This document shows positions 51,828 through 64,000 of a stretch of 64,000 bases of DNA, in pieces. How positions within the stretch are numbered: the first letter of the stretch is position 1; every line of letters starts with the position of its first letter. This DNA comes from the human T2T-CHM13v2.0 reference genome, Homo sapiens. The stretch lies in the NCBI RefSeq assembly GCF_009914755.1, contig NC_060933.1. One strand, 5' to 3'. The notes beneath the pieces are model-generated. The model was not told the DNA's origin. It saw only the letters and a program-made list of their open reading frames with translations, and ran no database searches. Both the position numbers and the translations under genes were made by a program.

Positions 51828-53703
51828 TGCTAGTAAATGTACTACTAGAAGATGGAGTAGGGAGGCAAGTTTGAGACATTTAAGAAATGAAAGCTGCCTG
51901 TAATCCTAGCACTTTGGGAGGCCAAGGCAAGAGGATTGCCTGAACTCAGGAGTTCAAGACCAGACTGGGCACACGGTGAAACCTCATCTCTACTAAAAAT
52001 ACAAAAAACTAGCCAAGTGTGGCGGTGTGTGCCTGTAGTCCCAGCTACTTGGGAGGCTGAGTGAGGCAGGAGAATTGCTTGAACCCAGGGTCCAGCCTGG
52101 GCGACACAGCAAGACTCTGTCTCCAAAAAAAAAAAAAAAAAAGAAAGAAATAGAAGCCATAATACGTGTTGACTGATTGGACACCAAGAAGTGAAAGGAG
52201 GGAAGAGCCTAAAATACCTCCAGGGTTTCTGGCTGGTGACTTGGGAAGATGAAGGTGCACATTTGGAGATGGAAATAATGAATTCAATTTTGTTCATTTA
52301 GAATTTGAGATGCCACAGAGGAGGGATCTGTTTGGAGAAACATATGCAGTTGGATATAAGGGTCTGGAGATAGGAACTGAGGATCAGGCTGTATTAAGTT
52401 CAAAACTTGAGAAACCCCAAAATAAATTACTTCCTGAATCTGGGTCAATCTCTGTATTTGGAATACATTACTAAATAAAAGACTTCATTTAGGGTGTCAG
52501 CATGAAGGCAAAACAGGTCCATCTGTCACAGAACCCAGCCTTAAAACTACATCCTTCAGCCCGATGCTCAAATGTGTGCTTATATTTCCTCTTAAATATA
52601 GGAGCCAGTGATAATGTAGATCTGGTAATCTTATTGCTCCATCCCGATAACCTAATAACTTCTGCCATGTAATCTGACCTGGGATCCAGGCAGTACAAGA
52701 AAGCAGGAGGAAGACTCATCTGACAACGGAAACAATTCAAATGTCTATCGCCAGGAGAAGACAGACATTAAATGTGGCCTTTTCAAATGCTGGGATCTTT
52801 TTTTTAAAAAAAATCTTTAGAGACAGAGTCTTGCTCTGTTGCCTAAGCTGGAGTACAGTGGCACGATCATAGCTCACTACAATCCCAAACTCCTGGGCTC
52901 AAGCGATCCTCTTGCCTCTGCCTCCCAAGAAGCTAGGACTACAGGCATACCACCACCAACCAGGCAAATTAAAAAAAAAAAAAAAAACTTTTGTAGATAT
53001 GCAGTCTTGCTATGTTGCCCAAGCTGGTCTTGAACTTCTGGCCTCAAGCAGTCCTTCCGCCTTAGCTTCCCAAAGCATTGGGATTACAGGCGTGAGCTTC
53101 TGTGTCCAGCCTGGAATCTTATACAGCAGTAAAAATAAATGAACCACAGCTTCCTGTAACATGGATGCATTTTATAAGCATGTTGAATTAAATTTTAAAA
53201 AAGGAAATCCAAGAAGTCTACAGTGTGCAACTTTTATAACTTCAAAAACAAGCAGTATTAAATAATAAATTGTTTATGAATACATACATATCTGGTAAGA
53301 TATTTTAAAAAGCAAGTAAATGAAAAATACAAAATTTAGAATAGTGGTTATGCTATCCTAAATTGGGTAGAGGAAATTGGAAGAAACATATAAGTGGCTT
53401 AACAGAATTGATAGTGTTCTATCTCTTCAGATGAGTGATAGATTTACTTTATGCTTTATACTTTACATATATATTACATACATTCTTTTATATATATATC
53501 CAGCATTATAAATGAGTTTTAAAGAAATTTATTGCCAAGTGTGGTGGCTCACCCCTGTAATCCTAGCACTTTGGGAGACCGACGCGGGAGGATCACGAGG
53601 TCAGGAGTTCCAGACCAGCCTGGCCAACACAGTGAAACTCTGTCTCTACTAAAAATACAAAAATTAGCTGGACGTGGTGGCGGGTGCCTGTAGTCCCAAG
53701 CTA

Positions 53704-53811
<108 letters not shown>

Positions 53812-53814
53812 TCA

Positions 53815-54024
<210 letters not shown>

Positions 54025-54091
54025 CTAACTTAAGAGGATCCTGTCATATGCAAAAGCCACACTTTATTTTTTAAGCATGACATTTCCCTCA

Positions 54092-54761
<670 letters not shown>

Positions 54762-54937
54762 TTAACATTTACAAACCAAACATTAACAAAAAGGTACCTC
54801 AGAGTAAGAAGAATCAGATGTACAGGCTCTTGTACAGCTATAAACCATGAAAGGTATGAAATAATCAAGCAATTTAAAATATTTATTGGAAGAATACCCT
54901 GCAAAAGTATCTTTATTTCTTAAGTAAAGGTACTTAC

Positions 54938-55072
54938 AAAGTCATCTCCTGAGTCAGCTCCCATTGAGGCAACTGATTCCTTGCTCACAGACCGTGGGAT
55001 CCTAGTAGCACCTCCTGGCCTCTGAGCAACAGCAGTCTCTTCTGCAATTTTCTTCTTCAGTTTTGCAAACAT
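54938..55072 (-). CDS. GOLGA1: Golgin-97 first coding exon (exon 3, codons 1-45)
   Basis: ATG at 55072; translates [45 protein letters not shown], the recognisable golgin-97 N-terminus; donor GTAAGT at 54937; 135 nt. The whole exon including UTR probably spans 54938-55227 (acceptor ttgtag). Confidence 0.97.
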
Positions 55073-55909
55073 GTTTGCTGTGTGGCTATCCTGCACAGAT
55101 GACGAGCTCTCAGTAGTCCTGGTGCCTGTGTTCAGGATTCAGACAGAGGCGCCTACAAAGTTTCAGACATCCAAGCTAGCTGCATTCCCACTTAAATGTG
55201 GGCCAAGGGCTTATGGCAACACAGGATCTACAAATCAGATGAAAGAGACAGTTCAAAAGTTAAACATTGGAAAGATTTCGCATCTGAGTTGTTAAGTTTT
55301 AGATTTCAAAACTAAGTTTCATAACTTACATGTACACTTATAGAACACAATTACTAAACATTTAAAAAGCACTCAGGTGCTTCATATGCATATACAGATG
55401 AAGAAACCCAGTCTCAAGAAGATGAAGTAACCTACCAAAGATTGTGTGGCTAAGTGGAAGGGCTGGTATTTGAACAGAGGACTCTGATTCACAAATCTCT
55501 ACGTTTTTTTTTTTTAATTACATGTTGGCTATGACATATAACACACTTGGTAAAATGTCCCAGAGCAGACATCAACATCATATATTCATGACTTAATGAT
55601 TTCAAATCCTTCCTCCAATAAGCTTAACTACAGTTTAGTGTTCTTTAAGTTGAAGACAAAAATGCATGTAATTCAATTCATATGTAATTCAATATTCAAT
55701 ATGTAATTCAATATGTAAAAGGTGTAATATCCTACTGTTTCAGGATGGTTTGCAATCAACTGTCCAATAGGAAAAGCTGGTAACAGAAAAAAGAAGACAC
55801 ACCAGACAACTCTATTATATAAGTATCTGATATCCTTGAACATTTTCTAGAGACGCTGTGTGGTTTTGAGTTTGATAAAATTACCTCCAATGAGTTTATT
55901 TTCTTTCTT

Positions 55910-55940
<31 letters not shown>

Positions 55941-55942
55941 GA

Positions 55943-56238
<296 letters not shown>

Positions 56239-56466
56239 TAAGAATGTTTGACATGATATTCAAAGTAAGATTCAAAAACCTTTTCCTCCTAATGGTGTAT
56301 AAAACACTAATATTCTGGTTCCAACCTTAACTTTCCATGTTTTGTGGAGGATACCTAAGCTCTGCTCTGAGATACACAAATGCCATCTTACCACTTCAGA
56401 TCCTCCATTAAGGCTGTACAATTCTTCAGAAACTTTACTTTCAATGTGTGTAAACCACTTACTCAC

Positions 56467-56516
56467 CTGGCTTATCTACTAGATTTAAAACAGCTTGGAG
56501 GTCAAAGCATTCTGTC
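56467..56516 (-). other. GOLGA1: Probable 50-nt non-coding GOLGA1 exon 2 (5' UTR)
   Basis: Polypyrimidine tract plus tgcag acceptor (56517-56518) and strong CAG|gtgagt donor (56461-56466), between the CpG island and the ATG exon. Confidence 0.75.
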
Positions 56517-57099
56517 CTGCATGAAGACAAAGATAAAATGCATTGGGTATTTCTTTTCAAGTGTATGGCCAAAATGTTGGGTGGGGATAGGGGGAAGAAG
56601 TGAAGGAAGAGGAGGGGCAGAAGAAGGATTAAAGGGGGTAAGAAAACCTGTCACAACTCTCAATGGGATACCCTCCCTAACCCTGATCTCCTATGAAATT
56701 GTTTTTTGCCTAAGAGCTTCACTTACAAGCGCATAGAACAGAATTGATCACCGCAGCGGGTGCCTAAATTCACTTCTCCCTGGGAGCCCTGAGCAAAACA
56801 ATTTGAATGAGGTTAAGTTTTCCTGGAGCCAGTATTTATTTCTCAGTTGATTACTACACTCACATACTGTTTACCCGGCCAGACCCTGGGCGTCTGGTCA
56901 CGGATGTGCACTGACAAAAAGCAAGGCAAAATTGGGTAAAGACAGATGTCTAACCCCCAGGGAGGCAGGCAGGTGCCTGCCACGGCAGTTTGGATCTCAC
57001 TCCCTCAGGCTACCTCCAGCCCCGCCCGTGCTTTGGACTGTCAAAGAAAGGAAGGATCCAACATCTCTCCCATTTGACAGCAAGGAAACTGAGCCCTAG

Positions 57100-57900
57100 A
57101 GAGGAGGAGCGACTTGTCCAAGGTCGCGCAGGGAGGAATCCCGGAACCCTAGGCTCCAGACTCCCAGGCCGGGGCAGCCCGCCTCCGCCCCCACTCTCAC
57201 CCTTTCAGCACCCCGGTGCCGCCCCCCGCCTTGGGGCTCGGGCAACCCTGACCGGGCCGCTGTGGGGACAGACCGAGGCCACTGGGAGAATAAGGGGCCT
57301 GCTCGCATTCCCGGAGTCCTGGCCCGCGCACCTGCCTCTCTCTGGGAAGCCAGCAAAGCCCCGCCTCCCGGGCCTCTCGTGAGCCCCGGCCCGCGTCACC
57401 AACCCCCACCGCCCAGCCGGCGAGCCGAGCAGCGACCCGGAACCGCACGTCTCCCAGCGCGCCGGAAGTGACTGCGCGGTGGGGGGAGGGGGTTGGTCCG
57501 ACGCGCGCATGCGCCCGTGCGCGGCCTTGGCGGCTACTGTTACCACCTCTGAGCGGCGACTGGGCCGGAACGGCTGGAGTTCTCGGGTGCCCAGCCGGGC
57601 GCTCCCTCAGCCCAGTTCGCCACGTCAGCGAGCGGCCAGAGCCACAGATGATGACTGAGTCTCCGAGGCCTCTCGGTCTTTTTCTATTTTAACAGGGGCG
57701 CGTGCAGAGCGTGGTAAGTGGGAGGGGCTTCGTGTCAAAAGTAAAAGAACCCAGTCGGTGCCACAGGCCCCGCTGTGCTGTGCTGGCTACAAACCCGGCC
57801 GGGGCTGCACTGCTTGGCCAGGCGCCCCCCCGCGCCGCCCGGTCCCGCCGCACCCTAGGCAGCTGCCTTGCCACCGTGTGACCCGGGAAGTCTGCGCCTC
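57100..57900. promoter_or_regulatory. CpG-island housekeeping promoter of GOLGA1
   Basis: Abrupt GC- and CpG-rich block; ETS/GABPA CCGGAAGTG at 57462-57470; NRF1 palindrome GCGCATGCGC at 57505-57514; GC boxes; TGACGTGGC (minus) at 57619-57627; no TATA box seen. Confidence 0.9.
57332..57460 (-). other. GOLGA1: Probable non-coding GOLGA1 exon 1 (TSS approximate)
   Basis: CAG|gtgcgc donor at 57330-57331, just downstream of the ETS/NRF1 core promoter; an alternative donor AGG|gtgaga at 57199-57200 is also possible. Confidence 0.55.
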
Positions 57901-58167
57901 CAGCTTCACTCACAAGCCAGTAGCTCCAGAAACTAGTCCTGGGACCTTACACCTTGAGACCAGTTTTTAGACTTTGGCGCCTGTCACCTACTGTAGATGA
58001 TGCGTTTTATATCGCAACCGAGTACATAACGTCCAGCAGAACCACGTTCTTACTATGTAATGCACTTAAAAACGCTGGTGGCAGCTCACTATATTGGATT
58101 AGCTTCACCATCCGCTGCTGGGCCGTCTCCTTTCTGCTTAGGAAGGAAGTTGAAAACATCAAAAGTG

Positions 58168-58285
58168 CACGGCGCGCGCTTCTGTGGTCCCAGCTACTCG
58201 GAAGACCGAGGTGGGAGGATCTCTTGAGACCAGGGCTTCCAGACCAGCCTGGGCACCGTGGCGAGACTCCGTCTCTTTAAATAAA
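58168..58285 (+). mobile_element. FLAM-type Alu monomer
   Basis: Single arm: GTGGTCCCAGCTACTCGG..GGAGGATC..AGACCAGCCTGGGC..GAGACTCCGTCTC. Confidence 0.7.
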
Positions 58286-58435
58286 TAGCAATCATGCAGG
58301 CAGTAGGAAAATAAACAAAAGAGGAAAAACTATCTTGTTCCAAGTCACAGTCCAGGCCGGGCGCGGTGGCTCACTCCTGTAATCCCCACACTTTGAGAAG
58401 CCGAGGCGGGTGGTTCACCCGAGGTCAGGAGTTCA

Positions 58436-58629
<194 letters not shown>

Positions 58630-58949
58630 TCAAACAAAAAGTCACGGTCCAAATCAGTACCCTAAGTCAGGTCCCTGAACTCGTCAATGCCAAGCCAGCC
58701 ATTCCACCTTAAGGAACTCTGGTTCCATCCCCAGACTCAACACAAGCCCAAGAATAAGCAGATTCCACCCAATTCTTCAACAGTCCCTTCCCTCGCGTGT
58801 TCCAGTTCTGACCTGCAGGAGCAGGGCAGGGAAAAAACCAAAACCAGGATTCAAACATTGACAAACTAACAAGAAGCATCAACCCCAAGATAGTTCAAAG
58901 CCTCTGAGATATTTGAATGAAGCAAACCCTAACAGTTCAGCTGTCAATA

Positions 58950-58989
58950 CCGAAAAAGTACCAAAAACTTTAAGCAAATAATGTTTATT
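58950..58989 (-). terminator. Polyadenylation signal with downstream U/GU-rich element
   Basis: AATAAA (plus-strand tttatt 58984-58989); downstream minus-strand AAGTTTTTGGTACTTTTTC (~58952-58970); upstream TGTA elements near 59030-59047. Confidence 0.65.
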
Positions 58990-60660
58990 TTTATATTGAT
59001 GATACACTTAATATATATGTGGATTCAAGGTACAAAATTCATGTACAAGAGTTCACACCTGATGAATGTAGACACATTCCTAGAGAACATTTATCAATGT
59101 GAAAATTTCTTTAATACACTGACAACAAAAATCAAATATTCTCTAATCTCGTTATTCAATAAACATCAAAACAACGTTTCAGTTTTCATCCTCTAGTACT
59201 GAAGTGCCCTCAAGGTGGTAGGCACTGTATAGCAGGAGAAAACATTGGAAAGCCTACTGAATCCGCTCTGCAGAATCACAGTGTTTACTCTGAAATTCAT
59301 TTAGTGAAGTAGTGGAAGGCTATCTTTTATGACAAATCACATCTCATACAAGAGTCAAAAGTGATGAACTCAAGAAAATAAAATGTTTCAAGAACTTCTC
59401 AATTTCTAAAATCTATGGAGTATTAACCATAACAGACAAAGAAGAAAAAGGCTGCTGGAAAGGAAGAAAAAAACATCCTGTTTAAGAGAACGTATGGCTT
59501 AAGCAATTTAGAACACAACTGACAAGACTTTTACAATACCACAAATGTTCAAGTCAAATGATAGTGACAGTATAATTTTCCCCTTAGTCATTGGTAGTAA
59601 ATAGCCCCTTCAAAATTTATTCTACTGTTAACACATATAAAAACTATGAATCCAAACAGTTTTGCTAACGGGGCTGAGTTGATGGATTTTTTTCTAAAGT
59701 ATTAACTCACAATATCCAAATATTAATACAAATGAACGACAAGATTGTTTCAAAGATTACAGTGATTTGTGAATAGCTAAATAGGCAACCAAATAGCTTC
59801 ATTATTTGCACGACAGATTAGCAGCACTTGGATAAGAATTGTTACATGAAAAATATTGTGCTTCAGTCTCTTGAGGAGAGCTAATATAACTCTATAATCC
59901 CTATAGTGTTAAAATTCTATAACATTTCAGTTACAGACAAGCACAATTGTTAAAAAGTATTTCACACCACTAGAAAATCGAGTAATTATATCCTCCAAAT
60001 GAATTACTTCTATGATTTAAACAAGTGCATTTCTGCCTAATAATCAGAATGTAGACAATAAGTTCAGCATTATTTTCAAGGGAAAAAGATCAAACATAAC
60101 TTATTTTAACTCCTATTTGATTATCTTAACCTTTAGTGATGATTAGAACTTAAAAAAGGGAAACTCAACCTTCCAATGGAAACTGCTCAGAGGAAATAAT
60201 AAAGTGTCCTGAAATTACAATAATTCTTAGCACAAAGTAAAAAGTGATTTATAACTGCTTCATCTGATTCAATGATTAATGAAATCACTATTTATACTGG
60301 TGCTACACAACGAAGATAACCTATATGGATAAGTTATTTTACTTGTAAACTCTACTATGAAAATGTTAGGACTTTGTATTTGCCTTTCCTATTATCTAAG
60401 ATGTTTCTACCTCAACTGGAAGAATCATCCAAAATCTAAAGGTTTCTCTGATTGTTGAACAGCAAGGTTTATTAAAAATAAGCAAAAAAGTTGGAGAACT
60501 AGCCATATGGTCTATGTGGCAAAAGGAATGCATTCAGATAACTATAAAAAGCCACATAAATCAAGTTCTAGATTATTGTACTGAACCATTAGAAGGTCTT
60601 TTTAATGATACAGTAACAAGTTAACAAAAACCATTCTTCAGGAAATAGTAATAAAAATTC

Positions 60661-60908
60661 CTTTTTTTTTTTTTTTTGAGAATGAGTCTTGCTCTGTCAC
60701 CCAGACTGGAGTGCAATGGCACGATCTCGGCTCACTGCAACCTCCGCCTCCCAGGTTACAAGCAGTTCTCCTGCCTCAGCCTCCCAAGTAGCTGGGATTA
60801 CAGGCGCACACCACCATGCCTGGCTAATTTTTTTTTTTTTTTTTTTTTTTTTGTATTTTAGTAGCGACAGGGTTTCACTGTATTGCCCAGACTGGTCTCC
60901 AACTCCTG
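60661..60908 (-). mobile_element. 5'-truncated Alu in the putative SCAI 3' UTR
   Basis: 14-bp TSD agtaataaaaattc at 60647-60660 and 60909-60922. Confidence 0.9.
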
Positions 60909-61618
60909 AGTAATAAAAATTCTTATTGTGCTAAAACACTAAGCAATTTTTCCTGCAGATTTTTAATTTACCACAGTACATAGTTTTAATTTAGAAAAAA
61001 AGCAATTAGTAGCATGCTTCTTTAAGGGTGGAAATAAGCTTTTTAAAAATACAGTGGTTATCCCTCTATGGTTTGGAAGTATTTACTTTTGGGATTCTCA
61101 TGTATGATCATTTCAAATTTTATACTTATTCATACTGATTTCATGTTTGAGAAAATTTATGGTTCAAATTGTAATGTTTACAAATCTCAACTTTTAATCA
61201 TGGCAAAGTGGACATTCACAACAGCTTCAGAAGAGAAAAGAAAATCAGTGATATAACAAACATTTAAGTATCATTTACGGCAGCCCTATAAGAAGGCTAG
61301 CCATAATTCCCTATTTCATTCTGAAAGTGATATCCTATTAGCTTTCATTCCATAAGCCTAGGAGAAAAGTATAAAACCTAAAATTACCTATGTCTTAAAC
61401 AATATTACACCTAAAAAGATGATTGTCGTAGTAGACAGACTGGAATTGTCCACCAAAATAGGAAATTGATACCCAATTTATAGTCTATGATGAAATTTAG
61501 GCTTGAATAAGTGAGTTTGTAGTTTTAATATAATGTACTTCAAACTATTAAAAAAACTGAGTCTATTGTCCAAGTATGTTTAAACATGGCACTGGTTAAA
61601 GTAGTCTGATAACTATTA

Positions 61619-61989
<371 letters not shown>

Positions 61990-64000
61990 TCAATCAGTTA
62001 TTAAATTAGTTATACTTAATACAGTTCTCTTTATCCAATTAAAGGCATATCACCCTACATCATCCTGACACCCTTCCCGTCAATAGGTGATTGATTCCAT
62101 TCACACATCAATTATTTTTCCTTAAACACAAGGCATGCTTAAGTCTTTTTGTTCAAAACTCAGTGAAGCTGGAACATAGTGTAGTATTAGGCTTTGAAAT
62201 TCTAGTTTGAGGAAGATGAATCACTTTTTTTTTTAAGTGGTCCCATTATCCAGGAAAGACTGAGAGGTACAGCAAAAATAGTTGTAAAGTATCAATGTAT
62301 AAGAGCGCAGGAGACTGGGGGAAAGGGCTGGGTTTTCTAAGCAAGTGTTACCTTATTCACCCTCAAAGTTATTGGCTTTACAACGGTTGGGGTCAGAGGT
62401 CACATTCACAATGTCAAGTGTTTTCTACTGTACTTTTGATTACCACTACTGTCCTCAAATTAATATCCACAAGGAGCCTGAGTCAGTTCCATGAATTTTA
62501 AATGGTATAATATCTGCTCTACTACTCTCCAGTGCAAAAACAATGATTTGGTTATTCAAACAACAAACCATCAGATCCTATGGATGTTTTCACTGATTTT
62601 TCAGAAATAATAAATTACCAAATTTTAATATTTATTCAAGAAAAATGCTGTTATAATTATTTCTGAATTTAATACTATAATTGAAAAGTCTTATGAATAG
62701 TTGGCTGTTTTATTTAAAATATAATGAATCAGCAAATGTAACATTTTTTTGGGTGGTAAAACAGACTCCTGAGATAATTTCTCTATTTTAAGATAATATT
62801 GGATCAGATAGATTTAATCTTCCAAAGAATACGGTGTAAAAAGTTGCTTTGCAGTTATATTTTATCATGCAAAAATAACCTCTACTTAATTTCTGCAGTG
62901 AATGTATTTAAGTGTATATTAAACATCTCCTACACTCTTTCATGCAAATAAATATGTCAACTGAAGTAACCAAACATTGATACTTGGCAACATTCTATAG
63001 GTTCACAAATTGGCATTGCACGTATTTACTATCCTCTTATCCTCCCCAACCCTATCATCCTTGGGAGAGGTTTGAAGGCCCAGATTTTTATAGCACACCA
63101 TGCATCTAATATTAAAAACTCTACTTCATGTGCGAATATATCATCAACTTGCAGAACACAAGTGGTCTCATAGAGACACAGCAATACGAGTGAAGGCATT
63201 TTATTCAGTGGAAGCATTTTCTCAGATGAGCCTACTCACCTTTGATATGCAAGTCCAGTAAGAAAAAATCTGTAGCCGGAAATGCCAAGACAGGACTAAA
63301 TTAATCATAGCTGCTGCAAATATACAAATTAACAACCTCCCGTTCCTCACTAAATCCTATCCTACTTAGGTTAGGCCATCCCTTAGCTAATGCCCCCTTT
63401 TCTGCCTCATAGAGACACATAAAACACTGATGAAAAAAGAATTGTTCCAAAATCAAAATTCAGTATGAGGCATAAAAATGACAACTGGGAATATATTTCC
63501 CCTATTTAATGGACATTTTCCTATGTTTTTAAATGTGATTAAAGCAATTTTTTTCCACAGCCTCTCTATTAAGCCCCAATATACATAATTTACTACTCAG
63601 TAATAATACTTAAATATGGATCAAGAAAATAAAGGACTACTACAGCCTAAGAATCTGCTGGTGTCTCAGTTTCACATACTTAGGTTTTTCAGGTTATATC
63701 ACTAATTTATCATCAGTTTAAATAAAAATTTGCAGGTGATTTTAAAGCTAAGAATAAATATCTAGCTTTCTGTTAAGATCTTCATATCCTAATTTCAACT
63801 CCAAATTAGCCCATTTTATCCAAACACAAGCCTCTCAAAATAGAGGCTTATGAATGAGATACAGCCACAACCTAATTACAGCAGCATGAACAATGCCACT
63901 AGGATGTCCTCACAGAACTTAAATAAATTCAGCCCACAATGGGTATGGGTACATAATATACACATACTGTATCACTGCATACCAATATATTTACAAATAT

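Noticed and set aside
56990-58280. Pro/Gly/Arg-rich ORFs around the promoter as a divergent gene
   Set aside because: Typical stop-poor CpG-island frames with no recognisable homology or downstream plus-strand exons

Overview
Human (primate) genomic DNA, very Alu-rich. Most of the window (1 to ~57460) is the minus-strand gene GOLGA1 (golgin-97, trans-Golgi GRIP-domain golgin). It has a CpG-island promoter at ~57100-57900, two probable non-coding 5' exons, and 17 coding exons that I spliced by hand with GT-AG ends and continuous frame (codons 1-635, [12 protein letters not shown]...QLLEKNK). The GRIP-domain exons lie to the left of the window. The AT-rich stretch from ~58965 to 64000 looks like the terminal 3' UTR of the next minus-strand gene, most likely SCAI (from recalled 9q33.3 gene order); its poly(A) signal is only ~1.5 kb upstream of the GOLGA1 start. 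Almost all ORFs in the supplied track are Alu or repeat artefacts. The most notable items are: (1) a ~1.2-kb stop-free minisatellite that grew from inside a MER20 DNA transposon; (2) a BC200-type retrocopy with a 38-bp fold-back duplication that forms a pre-miRNA-like hairpin, best paired on the GOLGA1 sense strand; (3) a tailless U4 snRNA retrocopy; (4) a combined Golgi-stress/UPR-type element in the promoter, uORFs, and unusual splice-site geometry around exon 13. I found no new protein-coding system. Repeat family names come from remembered consensus sequences, not from a search.
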